From assembly GCF_009914755.1 (NCBI RefSeq), contig NC_060930.1: DNA of 64,000 nt. One strand, 5' to 3'. The notes below the pieces were generated by a model, which had not been told where the DNA came from, did no database searches, and worked only from the letters and a program-made list of their open reading frames with translations. A program made the translations under genes and the position numbers. Positions 1 through 14,219 of the stretch are shown piece by piece. Origin of the DNA: the human T2T-CHM13v2.0 reference genome, Homo sapiens. Numbering within the stretch: position 1 is the stretch's first letter; each line of letters begins with the position of its first letter.

Positions 1-1820
1 TAACACTGTGGTTGGTTGTCTTGGGTAAGATCTGGAATAATTCTCTGAATTACTAGGCAGAGACTCTTTTTCTTTTCCCTTACTTCCTCCAAAATATATG
101 GAGTCCCTCTCTCTCTCTGTTTGTGCTGAGCCACTGGAACTCAGGATGTGATGATGCAAGCAACCTTGTGGCCACCAGTACTGGAGGTGCACTTCGTCTA
201 ACATGAAGCTGGCCAGCACCAAGTTACCTTGCCTTGTCAAGGTCTTTCCCTTCAGCATGGCAAGTTCCCCTATCCCCCGGGTATGTCCAGAGATGTAGTC
301 TGGAAGCCAAGGATTAGAGAAAACAATCTTGGCAATTTATCTGATGTTCTATTCTACTGTTGTTAAGCTGGCACTCAAACCACTATACAAAGTTTTCCTT
401 GCTCTTCCCTCCCATTTCCATAGGCAGAGGAGCCTCTCCCTATGGCTTCCACCACAATCTGTCCACAGGGTGTTCTGCCAGGCCACCACGAATTTTTACT
501 TAAAGCCCAAAGGCTCTTCTGTCAGCTTTTGGTGAATACTGCCAGGCCTGAGACTCACACTTAAGGGAAGTAGGCTCCCAACTGGCCCAGGGTAGGCCCA
601 GAAATGCTGTCCAAGAGCTTCAGCCTGGACTTGGGGACCCTAAGAGCCTGCTTGTTGGTCTATCCTGCTGTGGCCAAGTTGGAACCTAGGGTGCAAGGCA
701 AAGTCACCTTTACTTTTCACTCTGCTTTTCTCAAATAGAAAGAGTCTTTCACTGTAGCCACCACACCTGCAAATGTGCTGGGTCTCCCCTAAAGCCAGCA
801 TGTGTAAGAGCCTAGTTCCTGCAGCATACTCCCTCAGTTTCACTGGCGGTAATTCAGAACTCAGCTCTGTAGTCAGAACGTGATAAATCTTGCCAAAACT
901 ACATCAGCTTCATGTTAGACGAAGTGCAGCTCCAGTAGTGGTGGCCACAGGGTTTCTTTCTTTAAGGCAGTGGGTTTCCCTTTTGGCCAAGCCTGTGTCT
1001 AGAAATGTTACCTATAAGCTAGGGACCAGAATGGGGCCTCACAACTCTGCCCTATGCCTTATCCTACTGTCACTGAGCTGGTATCTAAGATACAAGACAA
1101 AGTCCTCTTTATTCTTCATTATCCTCTTCTTAAGCAGAAGGAAGGAGCAACTTTCCTTGCTAAGAGCTGCGCTGCCTGGGGTTGGCGGGGGAATGGCACA
1201 AGCATTTCCTTAGCTGTGCCAGTTGGTTTCTCCCTAGGTCATGTGCCACCCTAGTTCACTGGCTCTAAGCCCAACCTGGGACTAGGAGCTGCCTAGGAAT
1301 TGTAGTCCTTGTGACCTAGACTGTCCTTTAAGTTTACCTAGGACCCCAGAGCACTTCAACCCATGGCGGCAAGGCTTGCCAAGAAACCCAAGTTACCACT
1401 ACTGGGATAGGTGATGCCCTTCTGACTAGGGCTGGTCTAAATGTTGCCTCCATGTACAGGTGCTGGCTTAGCCTAGCAGAGCTCTATTCTCTGTTGTGAG
1501 AGAGCAGCACTGAATTCAATGTAAAGTCTCTGAGTCACTCCACTCTCCCTTCCCAAAGTGCACAGATTCTCTCTTTGGGTCACGTGGCTGCAGGGAGGAT
1601 GAAGGAGGGGTGGTATTGTTGATTCAAGGCTGTCTCTCCTGCCCTCCTCAATGACTCTTAGTGATATGAAGTTAAAACCACGTACTGTGATTTTTCGCCT
1701 GATTTTTTCGTTCTTAGTCCTTTTCTATGTGCAGACAGTTGTCAAAATTTGGAGTTCCGTGGTCACGGGGAGGGGAGATAAGTGATGTGTGCTTTTATTC
1801 TGCCATTTTACTCCATCCCC
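1..1820 (-). mobile_element. Old L1 (L1MA/L1M1-2 type) 5'UTR, truncated by the left window edge
   Basis: The reverse complement of ~1795-1820 reads GGGGATGGAGTAAAATGGCAGAATAAAAGC, matching the L1 5' terminus (GGAGCAAGATGGCCGAATAG-like). The 1.8 kb to its left is relatively GC-rich and resembles L1M 5'UTR sequence. Confidence 0.75.
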
Positions 1821-4139
1821 TGAATGAATTTTTGATCAGCTGGATTTCTTATGCTTCTAACAAGATATTCATTTTTGTGACTTTCTTCCATCTATCTCTT
1901 ATAAAATCTTTTTTTTTAGCCAAGAGGACTTCAATGTTGTCATACCACTATTAGTACATCAATATCAACACTCTTTAAAAATCTGGTAGACATCTGGTAG
2001 ACATCTGTAGGTAAATAAAAACTGATTTTGAATGTGTAATGTCTAGATACTGAAAACTCTGCATTTACATAAAATTTAGACACTTTAGTTCATTATGCAG
2101 TCATTTTAAGGAAAAAAATAAACCCTAAGAGAATAAACTGCTATGAGAATAGAGAATAGAATGTTCTCCATGAGATAGAAAACAGGTATCTGTGTCTGTG
2201 CTGAGGAACTCCTGAATGATTCTGTGGTTCTGCAAGTGGTTTTTCAGATAATTAGACTTGTCAGTGATGTCCATGTTCTGCAGTTTGTCTAACATTGTTC
2301 CTGTTTCACAGAACTTGAAACTCATACAGCTCACGGCCAGGGAAATTTCATGGCCTTCACAAGTCACATGCAAATCAATCTTTTCTGTAAATCTTGTCTA
2401 CTTGGGAAAACAAGGGCTGCCTTTGTCTTTCTTTCTAGAAATTCTCTTAAGTATCATAAAAACAAGAAAATATCCATGAAAAAATTGTCAAATTAAGAGC
2501 GGATCTTGGATTGTTACAAATTTTAACACATATGTCTTAAATAGCTTCTAATTTATCTGTATGCAAATGTGTTGTTATTATTAGCTCACCTGAATAAACA
2601 ACTAGCACATTCCTTATCTCTTTACCTAGTTGCTTTAAATAATTATGGCTTGATTCTGAAGTCATCATTCTTTCCCAAAATGGTGTTTGTGAAGGAAGAA
2701 CTCATGTTTATAGGGAAATAATGAAATCCATATCCAACTTGATTTCTAAATTCCATATTATATCATTATCTTTTCATTGCCATATTAAAGAAACAAAAAA
2801 CCGGCTTTCCAAAAGTTCATAGCATTCAGCTTCTTTGTTTCTTTTATGGCAAGAAAAAAATTCTTAGCTACTAACAAAAAAAAAGTTCTTCCCCAGTATT
2901 TTTCTTGTTGTATCCAGTAATCTTCCTGTGAGACAAAGGTCTTCAACACTCCAGGACAAGAGCAAACACAGAAATGAAACAATTTTAAGAAATCACTTAA
3001 ATTTTAAAGTCGATTGTATGAAACCTAGAACAGGAAAAAAATTGAAATACAAAACAGTTTGGATTTTCAAGAGGCAGATCTTAGAGAAAAAATACATTTT
3101 TTATTACCAAAAGACATGCTTTCAAATAATAATGAAAACTTCAAACTACCCTGTAGGTAGAATTTATATCATAAAAACAGGACTAGGAAAAATGTATGAT
3201 ATCTAAAATAGACAAAGTCAATCCAGTTTGAGGAAATAAAAAACTTTAAAAAGATGAGCAATAGAATTAATTTTTGAGAATCCCTAAGAAGGTACCTTGC
3301 TTCCCATCTCAGCCACAGGCAGAGCCCTTAAGGTATTACCAATAGGAACCCTGGACCAGGTCAATGGGAACCCAGAGCAGAACAACACTTCCCAGTGTGT
3401 GTTCTGGGAAGCGCCTTGGGAAGAGCTGACCCCGTAGAGAAGTTCCACTTCCAGCATAGCACCAAAGTACCTGATTACAAATGAGGCACAGTCCATCTAA
3501 GTAAAGAGAAGACCTGTATTAACCCTCCCATTCCCTGGGGACTTAAAAACAGTTTGAAGAAAGTCTTGAGAAGTTTCATATCCCAAAATAATTATGTTGA
3601 GTTTGACATTGAGATGGAGCACCCACGGAGATTTCTGATGGTAGGAAAGAGGGCAGTATTTAATGGTGAGCATGGCAAGACTGGGACCATCATCTAATTA
3701 TCAGCTTGGGATCATCATTTGAGTATCAGCTAAGGAGTGTAAATGCCAACAACATAAGGCCAACCACCTAATCCTACCTTTCAGCGAAAGCCTACCTAAG
3801 AAAGTACTGATAATTGTGAACTAAAAATGTCTTCCCCAGATACTAAACAATATATAATCCTATGAAAGGGAAAGAGGAGGACACTGAACTGACTGAATTT
3901 GACTGAATTTATAATGAAATTTTTGAACACTCACAAATTTAACTGTGTTTATCTTATAAAAATTATATATTATATAAATATGTATTATATAATTTATCAT
4001 TAGATTAAACTTTCTGTTATTGACTCAATAAGGACTTGAAGTCAAAATTTGAAGTTATTTCTGAAAATGAAGAACATTATATTTTGCACAACAGAATAAG
4101 TTGCTTATGAGCATATATCCACCATAATGTCATCTATCG

Positions 4140-5181
4140 ACTAACTCTGGTTCCTTGAAGACTTTAGCATGGACTACTATCTTCCTGGCAATTAAAAGTT
4201 CTGCCATCTCCTAGGTGATTTCAACACCATTGAAGATGATATATTCAATAGCATAGCTTATCAGTTGTTTGACTTCCAGTAAGTGCTTGATCAGCACTTC
4301 CTGATCAAGCACTTACTGTCCAAATGGGTACCTGGAAAACAGCAGGATAGCTCATCTCTGAAATATTATATTGAAACATTATATTGGTCATCACAACTCC
4401 TCATCCTTCAGCTTGCACATATCACATTATCAAATTTCTTCTTCTCTGTCAACCCTTTCCAGGATTCATTTTTTATAATATTCACCTTAGACTCTGTAGT
4501 TAAATCATGTAATCAACTCTCCTCCTCATAACCTTAAATGAGGTTCTGTGGTCTTGCAATGATTCATTCTAAAAATCCCAATGAATTCCATTGAAAAATC
4601 CCAATTTGAATCCCATGTTTCAAATGGTGAATTTCTCTTGCACCTACACATGCAGGCACCGAGCACTGTTGGAGAAAATTTTAAACTACATAGATTAGCC
4701 ATATTATAAATGTTTTTTCTTCAGCATAAATTGAGTCCTCAGTTCTTCTCATTTGTATTTCTCTGTTTCCCAGATAAGCTATTTTCCCAATCCCCTACAA
4801 TGTATTTTCAACCTACTCTACTTTTATCACATCTCTGATCTTTCTACTTATTTCATTTTAGTCGATAGACTTTCCTTCTACTTACTAGAGAAAATATAAT
4901 CTACCAGTGAAAAATTACATCAATTTACTCACCAAACCTATTCACTTACCTTAATACGTATGTATTATTTCCCCCAACCTCCATCCCCCTCCTGTTACAA
5001 TTATACAGAACTCCTTATTTTAAGGTAAATCCTGTCATGCATACTATGGCTCTGTGTCCTCTCTTTTTAATTTATATTTCTACTGGATTCTTCCCATCAA
5101 CGTTTAAATATGTTGCAGTGTTTCTTTACAATGATAAATAGATGATAGAGAGATAGTTGGATAGGTAGGTAGTTATATTGG

Positions 5182-5227
<46 letters not shown>

Positions 5228-5900
5228 TCCTGCCTCCAACTCAAGTTTCCTTACAAATACCACCCTAACATATTGAATGAAATATGTATGGACTCTTTCT
5301 CCACTTAATTACCCCATTTGTTCCTCAACTCACTAAATCTGTCAACCACCTTCATACTTACCAACACTTCTTTATACTATGGTCTTGGCAAAGTTTTCTA
5401 CAGCTTATCTTTGCTAAATTATTGAATTGCTTTTAATTGTTATCTTAGATGACCTCATTATGTGAGAACATTTGAAATTTTTAACAATTTCTTCTTATCA
5501 GAAACATCTACTCCTATACATTATCCCCTCCTAATTTAATTCCTATTTTAATGTTCTCCTAGTTACACATTGGTCATCCCTTGATATTTGCTGAGTTCAT
5601 TTCTAGAGATCATTTCTTCTTAATCTCCCAAGGTAATCTCATATATTCTCTTGATTTCCTTTCCTATGCACATACTGATAATTCCAAAATAATATATCTA
5701 TCCAAGATTTCTCTACTGAACTCATGATTTAGAAACCCAACTTCCTATCGGGAATTTTTTTCAATATCTCATTGGAATCTCAACTTTAATATATTCAAAA
5801 AGTTTTATTTCCAAAGATGTCCCTCCTACCTCACTGAATAACATCATTACCTAATTCATTTCACAAGTCAGAAATCTAGATGTCATGTTTTACCATACCC
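4140..5900 (+). mobile_element. LINE-2 fragment (ancient, degenerate)
   Basis: CTAGGTGATTTCAACACC (LGDFN, endonuclease-like) at ~4210. L2 3'-region-like sequence CCAAGATTTCTCTACTGAACTC...AACTTCCTATC...TCTCAACTTTAATATATTCAAAA at ~5700-5800. Confidence 0.6.
5182..5225 (+). repeat. (TAGA)11 tetranucleotide microsatellite
   Basis: Eleven perfect TAGA units, preceded by degenerate GATA/GGTA units from ~5132. Confidence 0.97.
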
Positions 5901-6009
5901 TCCTCCTAACCTAACCCTAAGTTTCTCCAGGTCTGAATTTATGGATTATGGTGAAAATTTTAGACTGCACTCTAAGAATTATAGGAAACAATTGTGAGAA
6001 GACAAAGTG

Positions 6010-6395
6010 TTCATCAATATCTATCTTTTTATTTTTCTTCCTGATCACACAGCTAAGCCATATTCCTCAGCTCCCATGCAGTTATGTGGGGCATATAACT
6101 AACTTACCAGGTGAAAATTATAAGCACCATTAACAGGCCTGGCCACTTAAACACCTTGTGTACGTCCCTCCACTCCTTGATATCTCTCTTTTCATCCATC
6201 TGCCAGCCAGATCCAGGAGACCCAGTGGAAGACTCGGAGTCTCTGTAGGGTAGTGGAGCCACAACAAAGAAGGAAACTGGGATTCTGAAACACCACAGTA
6301 AATAATGCCCACTGAATTATGATGCACTAAGAAATAAACTATTGTTGTGTTAAACTATCGAAGGTTTCTTTTTTTCACCTAAAGCAAGCAGTTTA
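6010..6395 (+). mobile_element. MaLR LTR fragment (MLT1-type)
   Basis: MLT1-like motifs CAGCTCCCATGCAGTTATGTGGGGCATATAACTAA and GGAGCCACAACAAAGAAGGAAACTGGG, plus the 3' signature GAAATAAACTATTGTTGTGTTAAACTATCG. Confidence 0.6.
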
Positions 6396-6439
6396 TCCAT
6401 TGAAAGTTTCTGAACATAGTAATAACACAATATGATTTC

Positions 6440-7800
6440 AAAGATTGCTGAGGTTTCTGTGTTGAGACAAGGACTAGAGGGCAATGAGTGAATGTTGATG
6501 AAGGGAGACCAGTTAAATTTTTATTGCAAAAATCTGGGTAAAGAAAAATGGCTACTTTGACACTGTATTACTTGTGGCAGTGGTGAGAAGTGGTCAGATT
6601 CTGAATATATTTTGAAAGAAAAGACCACAGAATTTGCTGATGAATTAAATACAGAAGTGTAGGATGTACTTTGCCCACTTTTTTATGGGGGTTTTGTTGT
6701 TTTTTTTCTATAAATTTGTTTAAGTTCCTTACAGATGCTGGATATTATACCTTTGTCAGATGCATAGTTTGCAAAACTTTTCTCCCATTCTGTAGGTTGT
6801 CTTTTTACTCTGTTCATAGTTTCTTTTGCTGTGCAGAAGCGCTTTAGTTTAAAGAGATCCCATTTTGTCAATTTTTGCTTTTGTTGCAGTTGCTTTTGGT
6901 GTTTTCATGATGAAAACTTTGCCCATGCCTATGTCCTGAGTGGTATTGCCTAGGTTGTCTTCTAGGGTTTATATAGTTTTGAGTTTTACATTTAATCTAT
7001 CTTGAGTTATTTTTTGTATATTATATAAGGAAGGGGTCCAGTTTCAATCTTCCACATATGGCTAGCCTGTTAGCCCAGTACGATTTACTGAATAGGGAAT
7101 CCTTTCTCCATTGCTTGTTTTTGTCAGGTTTGTCGAAGATCACAGAGTGTGTGGTTTTGCTTCTGAATTCTCTATTTTGTTCCATTGGTCTATGTGTCTG
7201 TTTTTGTACCAGTACCATGCTATTTTGGTTACTGTAGCTCTATAGTATAGTTTGAAGTCATGTTCATTGTAGCACTATTCACAATAGCAAAATATGGAAT
7301 CAACCTAAATGCCCATCAGTGATAGATTGGATAAAGGAAATTTGGTACATATACACCATGGAATACTATGCAGCCATAAAAAAGAACAAGATCATATCAT
7401 TTGCAGAAACATGGGTGGAGCTGGATACCATTATCCTTAGCAAACTAATACAGGAACAGAAAAAAAGATACTACATGTTCTAATTTATAAGTGGGAACCA
7501 AAACATGAGAACACATGGACACATAGAGGGAACAAAACACACTGGGGCTTTTTGGAGAGTGGAAGGTGGAAGGAGGGGGGAGGATCAGGAAAAATAACTA
7601 ATGGGTACTAGGCTTAATACCTGGGTGATGAAATAATCTGTACAACAAACCCCCATGACACAAGTTTACTTATTTAACAAGCCTGCACTTATACCTTGAA
7701 CTTAAATAAAAATTTAAAAAAAAAGTGTAGGATTTGTGACAAGAGGGGAATCAATAAAAATTCTAAAATTCTTGAGCTCCCATTTACTGAGCTGAGGACA
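6440..7800 (-). mobile_element. LINE-2 fragment interrupted by the inverted L1 at 6666-7722
   Basis: GGCAGTGGTGAGAAGTGGTCAGATTCTGAATATATTTTGAA...AGAATTTGCTGATGAATT before the L1, resuming as GAGGGGAATCAAT...CCATTTACTGAG after it. Confidence 0.6.
6666..7722 (+). mobile_element. 5'-inverted, truncated L1PA (older primate subfamily, roughly L1PA11-15) with TSD
   Basis: 6666-7260 is antisense ORF2 (minus-strand ORF track [16 protein letters not shown]...). 7261-7722 is the sense ORF2 end, 3'UTR and A-tail. TSD AAGTGTAGGAT at 6655-6665 and 7723-7733. Confidence 0.9.
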
Positions 7801-8329
7801 AAAGGTTGATTTGACAAGACTTGAGAATAGATGACAAATTTATGGATCAAAATGCCATCTGGACTTAATCTTCTCTTTTTGTCTGCCTTCCACCTTGACA
7901 GCCCATTCTCACTTCCAAGTAGAACCCCAGGCAAATTCTGTTTCAACGTCTTAGGTTAAATTCTACATAAAATTGTTGCTGTCTTTTGCTAATACTCCCA
8001 ACAAAAATATCATCTCTGATCCTAAATTGAATAATGTGTCCAAACCTGAAACAACATCCTCCACCCCCAACCCAGTGCAAACACCACTGGGAGTGAGATG
8101 GGAATGCGTTGTGGGGCTTGGGCTTCTGTCAACTTGGGCACAGAATTAGAGTCATTCCTCTGCAAACCCCATGGACCGAGATCTGAGAAGTGTTACTGTA
8201 TTATGTATATATCTAAAGAAGGTTAATGAATATAGGGAAACCAACAACAATGACAACAAAAATATATAAAACCTCTTTATTTCAATAATCTACCATAGGG
8301 ATTGTGTAACATGGTATATAGCTAAATCA

Positions 8330-8890
8330 TTTCTTTATTCAACAAATACTTTTGTTAGGTATTGGGATATGTTCTGATAATAAATGATAAGTAAAAATAG
8401 ACATGTTCTGTATTTTCGTAGAGTTGAATAATTCTATGAAGAAGAGAGATTTGAACCAACAACTCACTAAGCAAAGTATAATTATAAACTTTGTAGGTAC
8501 TATAAAGAAGCAAGCATATTCTAGGATAGAATATCAAAGCACAGCGACCCAGACTGGGGCATCAGAGGATCCTCTAAGAAATTTGTAAAGATCATTCTGA
8601 CTTCTGTGTGGAGAATGAACTGAAAGAGGGGGCAGAGTCTATATGTGTAGACAAATTAAGAGGCCAAGTTAGCAGTCTAAGTAGAGGTCAATAGTTGATT
8701 TAGCATAATGTTAGCACAATATGAAGAGAAGGGGACACATGTAATGGATATTTATGAGAAATACCATATCGTATATGGGTGGATACAGGTAACAAGAGAG
8801 GGAGAAAGGTCAAGGGTTACTCCTAGGTTTCCAGCTTATGCAATTGAGTGGATAGAGATGTCATTCCCTGAGAGAGAGAACACAAGCAAA
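8330..8890 (-). mobile_element. LINE-2 3' fragment
   Basis: TTTATTCAACAAATACTT (antisense L2 tail) followed by L2-like AGGTCAAGGGTTACTCCTAGGTTTCCAGCTT...GATGTCATTCCCTGAG. Confidence 0.6.
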
Positions 8891-9861
8891 AAACCCCAGA
8901 AAATTATAGCAGGAAAGAGCAATAATTTTTGTTGGATGAATAATTCAGTAGAATATATAACACGGGCCCTAACTAAAATCATTTATAACTTCATTGGGTA
9001 TAGTCTCAAAGATTCTCTGGGCTGAAAATTAAAATTTATTTCCCACTTCTCGCTCTTTGTCTCTCTGAAGGGCAAATTGCCCTGCAGAGATAGAATCAGA
9101 AACATGTGTCTTAAATGTCAAAATAAATGTCAAAAGAAAATAACTGGCATAATTGGTTAATTGCTAGTTGTCATGCAACTGAAGGAAGGAAATGCAATTA
9201 GAAGAGGGTGATTTTTCCAGACTTCTCATATCTATCATACTTTTCCTTTTACTGTTCAAGAGACGTATGTGAAGTATAATTTTTCACTGACTGGCTTAAT
9301 TATATGTTTAAAATTCTCATGTTTTTTGATGTGTTCATTTATTTCTATCTATCCTGAAGTTCTACAGACATGTATCTTTGTTCTTCACTTTATGCTGTAT
9401 TCAGCACTAGGTTATTCCTTCCTGAATACAACTGAGAGGTAAATTACACTATAATATCCTCTAAACATAAAGTTACCAAAGTATTTCCCCCTTGAAATGT
9501 CAGTCTATAATGTAGCTGCAAGATCAGTTCTAAATCTTCTTGTATTTTGGACATATCATGCTCTGAATACATGTCAGAAAACTACAGAAGTTTGGGATTC
9601 ATTGAATTCACTACTTCCACAGAGTGGAAGTCCAATGAGATAGAGGTGTCCAGTGGGATACTACTAAAATAAATGCCTCCTTCAGTGCTTTTATCCTGGC
9701 TAGATTGTCTTCAAATTAGGGAGGGAGTCAACTCAATAATTGGTTTGTGAGCTGAACTATCTAATTTATGCACCTCATACCCCTGCATTACTGAATAATA
9801 TTTAGTGTGTTCCAGACTCTGTCTATGGTTTCAGAAAGACAAGAAAAAGCCAGGTACAATC

Positions 9862-12800
9862 ATTATATTTAACTTTTATTTTACTTTCATGGGTACATAT
9901 GCAGGTTTGTTATACAAGTAAACTCATGTCACAGGGTTTTTTTGTGCAGATTATTTTGTCACCCGGGTACTAAGCCTAGTACCCAATAATTGTTTTTTCT
10001 GTTCTTCTCCCTCCTCCCACCTTCCACTCGCAATTAGCCCTGGTGTCTATTTTTCCCCTCTTTGTTTCTGTGTGTTCTCATAATTTAGCTCCCACTTATA
10101 AATGAAAACATGCCGTATTTGGTTTTCTGTTCCTGTGTTAGTTGCTAAGAATGATGGCCTCCAGCTCCATCCATGTACCTGCAAAAGGCATGATCTCATT
10201 ATTTTTTATGGCTGTGAAGTATTCCATAGTGTATATGTACCACATTTCCTTTATTCAATCTTTCATTGATGGACATTTAGGTTGATTCCATGTCTCTGCT
10301 ATTGTGAATAGTGTTGCAATGAACAAACACATACATGTGTCCTTGTGGTAGAATGATTTATATTCCTTTGGGTATATAACCTGTAATGGGATTGGGCAGG
10401 AAAATTTTAAAAAGTTCTGTTTTTAGCTCTTTGAGGAATTGCCACATCGCTTTCCACAACGATTGAACTAATTTACACTACCGCCAATGGATTATAAGCA
10501 TTCACTTTTCTTCTTAACCTTGCCAGCATCTGTTATTTTTTGACTCTTAATAATAGTCATTCTGACTGGTGTGAGATAGTATCTCATTGCGGTTTTGATT
10601 TTCCCTAATGATCAGTAATATTGAGCTGTTTTCCATTTGCTTGTTGACCACATGTATGTCTTCTTTTGAAAAGGGTCTGTTTATATCTTTTGCCCACTTT
10701 TTAATGGGGTTGTTTGTTTTTTCTTGTATATTTGTTTAAGTTCCCTATAAATGCTGGATAGTAAACCTTAGTCAGATGCATAGTTTGCAAATATTTTTGC
10801 TCACTCTATAGGTTGTCTATTCACTCTGTTGGTAGTTTCTTTTGCTGTGCAAATTCTCTTAAGTTTAATTGGATCCTATTTGTTAATTTTTGCTTTTTTT
10901 GTGATTGCTTTTGGCATCTTCATCATGAAATTGTTGCCAGTTCCTATTTCCAGAAGTCTGTTGCCTAGGTTGTCTTTCAGAGTTTTTATAGTTTTGGGTT
11001 TTACATTTAAGTCTTCAATCCATCTTGAGTTTATTTTGTATGTGGTGTAAAGAAGGGGTACAGTTTCAGTCTTCTGCCTATGGCTAGACAAGTATCCCAG
11101 CACCATTCATTGAATGAGTTCTTTCCCCAGTGCTTGTTTCTGTCAGCTTTGTTGAAGATCAGATGATTGTAGGTGTGTGGACTTATTTCTGGGCTCTCTA
11201 TTCTGTTTCATTGGTATGTGTATCTGTTTTTGTATCAGTACCATGCTCTTTTGGTTACTGTAGCCCTGTAGTATAGTTTAAAGTCATGTAGTGTGATGCC
11301 TCCAGCCTTATTCTTTTTGCTTAGGATTGCCTTGGCTATTTGGACTCTTTTTGGTTTCATATAAATTTTTAAAAAGTTTTTTTTTCTAGTTCTGTGAAGA
11401 ATATCACTGGTGGTTTGATAGGAATAGCATTGAATCTGTAAATTGCTTTAGGCAGTATTGCCATTTTAGTGATATTGATTCTTTCTATTCATGAGCATGA
11501 ATTGTTTTTTCATTTGTTTATGTAATCTCTGATTTCTTTGAGCAGTGGTTTGTAGTTCTCCTTGTAGAGCTCTTTCACCTCCCTGATTAGCTGCATTCGT
11601 AGGTATATTCTTTTTGTGGCAATTGTGAATGTCTCTTGGCTGTGGTTGGTGTATAAAAATGCTAATGATTTTCGTATGTTGATTTTCTATCCTGAAACTT
11701 TGCTGAAGTTGTTTATCAGCTGAAGGAGCTTTGGGGTTGAGATCACGAAGTTTTCCAGATATAGAATCATGTTGTCTCCAAACAGGGATAGTTTGGCTTC
11801 CTTCCTTCCCCTTTGGATGCCCTCATTTCTTTTTCTTAACTGATTGCTCTGGCTAGGATTCCCAATATTATGCTAAATAGGTGTACTAAGAGAGGGCATC
11901 CTTGTCTTGTCCTGATTTTAAGTGGGAATTCTTCCAGCTTTTGCCCATTCAGTTTGATATTGGTTGTGGTTTTTTCATTGATGGCTCATTATTTTAAGGT
12001 ATAATCCTTCAATGCTAGTTTACCAAGAGTTTTTAACAAGAGGGCTGTCGAATTTCACTGAAAGTCTTTTCTAAGTCTCTTGAGATTATCATGTGTTTCT
12101 TGTTTTTAGTTTTAGTATGTGAGGGATCACATTTATTGATTTGTGTATGTTGAACTAACCTTGCATCCCAGGGATAAAGCCTATTTGATCATGGTGGAGT
12201 AGCTTTTTGACATGCTGCTGAATTTGGTTTGCAAGAATTTTAGTTGAAATTTTTTGCATCGATGTTCATCAAGGATATTGGCTTGAAATTTTCTTGTGTT
12301 GTGTCACTGCCAGGTTTTGGTATCAGGATGATGATGGCCTCATAGAATGAGTTAGGGAGGAGTCCCTCCTCCTCAGTTTTTTTTGCAATAGTTTCAGTAG
12401 GAAAGGTACCAGCTTTTCTTTGTACATCTGGTAGAATTTGGCTGTGAATCCATCTGACCCTGGGTTTTGTTGTTGTTGTTTTTGGTAGGCTATTTATTAC
12501 TGATTAAATTTCAGAGCTAATTATTGCTCTATTCAGGTAATCAATTTTTTTCTGTTCAATCTTGGGAAGGGGTATGTGTCCATGAGTTTATATATCTCTT
12601 CTAGGTTTTCTAGTTTGTGTGCATAGAGGTGTTCACAGTAATCTCTGATAGTTGTATTTCTGTGAAGGCAGTGGTAACAAACTCTTTGTTGTTTCTTATT
12701 GTGTTTGTTTGCCTCTTCCCTGTTTTCTTTTTTATTAATCTAACTAGTGACCTATCTTATTAATTAAAAAAAAACATACTCCTGAACTCATTAATCATTT

Positions 12801-14101
12801 TAATGATTTTTTTTCTTTGTTTCTCAATCTCCTTCAGTTCCGCTCTGATTTTGGTTATTTTTGTTCTCTGCTAGTTTTGGGGTTGATTTTCTTTTGCTTC
12901 TCTAGTTTTTGCAGTTGCAATGTTAGGTTGTTGATTTGAGATATTTCTAACTTTTTGATATGTGTATATAGTGCTATAAATTTCCCTCTTAACACTGATT
13001 TAGCTGTGACCCAGAGATTCTGGTATGTTTTATCTTTGTTCTCATTAGTTTCAAAGGCCTTCTTAATTTCTACCTTAATTCCATTATTTACCCAAAAGTC
13101 AATCAGGAGCACATTGTTTAATTTCCATGTAATTGCATGGTTTTGAGCAATTTCTTTTAGTATTGATTTCTGTTTTTATCGCTCTGTGGTGTTTGGTACA
13201 ATTACAGTTCTTTTGCATTTGCTGAGGATTGTTTTACTTTCAATGTGTGGTTGATTTTAGAGTAGGTGCCATGTGGTGATCAGAAGAATGCATATTCTAT
13301 TGTTTTAGGTGGAGAGCTCTGGAGAGGTCTATCAGATCCATTTGGTTCAATGTTGGGTTCAGGTCCTGAATATTTTTGTTAATTTTCTGCCTCAGTGAGA
13401 TCTACTACTGTCAGTGGAGTATTGATGTCTCCCACTATTATTGTGTGGGAGTCTAAGTCTCTTTGTAGAGCTCTAAGAACTTGCTTAATGAATCTAGGTG
13501 CTCCTGTGTTGGGTGCATATATATTTAGGAGAGTTAGTTTCTTGTTGAATTGAACCCTTTACCATTATGTAATGCCCTTCTTTCTCTGTTTTGATCTTTG
13601 TTTGTTTAAAGTCTGATTTATCTTAAATTACAACTGCAATCTCTGCATTTTTTCTAATTTCCATTTGCTTGGTAGATTATTCTTTATTTCTTTATTTTGA
13701 GCTTATGTGTGTCATTGCATGTGAGATGGGTCTCTTGAAGACAGCATACCGTTGGGTCTTGCGTTTTTATGCAGCCTGTCATTCTGTGCCTTTTAGATGG
13801 GGCATTTAGCCCATTCACATTCAAGGTTAGTATTGATATGTATGGATTTGGTTTTGTCATTGTTTTATTAACTGGTTACTATGCCAGCTTGTTTGTGTGA
13901 ATGCTTCATAGTGTCAGTGTTCTGTGTATTTAAGTATGTTTCTGTATTGGCTGGTAATGGTCTTTCCATATTTAGTGCTCTTTGCAAGATCACTTGTAAG
14001 GCAGGTCTGGTAGTAATAAACTGCCTCAGCATTTGCTGATCTGAAAAAGATCTTAGTTCTCCTTTGTTGAGGAAGCTTAGTTTGACTGGCTACGAAATTC
14101 T
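9862..14101 (-). mobile_element. 5'-truncated L1PA (roughly L1PA13-16): 3'UTR, degenerate ORF2 and end of ORF1
   Basis: Antisense 3'UTR GTACTAAGCCTAGTACCCAATA at ~9970. Minus-strand ORF fragments match ORF2p ([21 protein letters not shown]; [15 protein letters not shown]). Ends in ORF1 sequence (GGAAGCTTAGTTTGACTGG). Possible degraded TSD containing GTACAAT on both sides. Confidence 0.9.
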
Positions 14102-14219
14102 ACCCTGTACAATTTTCATATATATACAGAGATTAATAATATATATGTGTGCCTTAGTAAAAATGTTATTAAAGTATAAAGTAAAATCCTATTTGTATTT
14201 TTAAACTGTCAAATTTAAG

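Noticed and set aside
329-1954. Several 66-107 aa ORFs
   Set aside because: They lie in or adjacent to a degenerate L1 5'UTR and show no recognisable protein features.
1981-2010. Short tandem duplications (ATCTGGTAGAC x2; also ~3890, ~4570, ~9115)
   Set aside because: Common slippage events with no evident significance.
3280-3960. GC-richer block with a STAT-like TTCTGGGAA, possibly an old LTR
   Set aside because: I could not assign a family or boundaries, and a single motif is not evidence of function.
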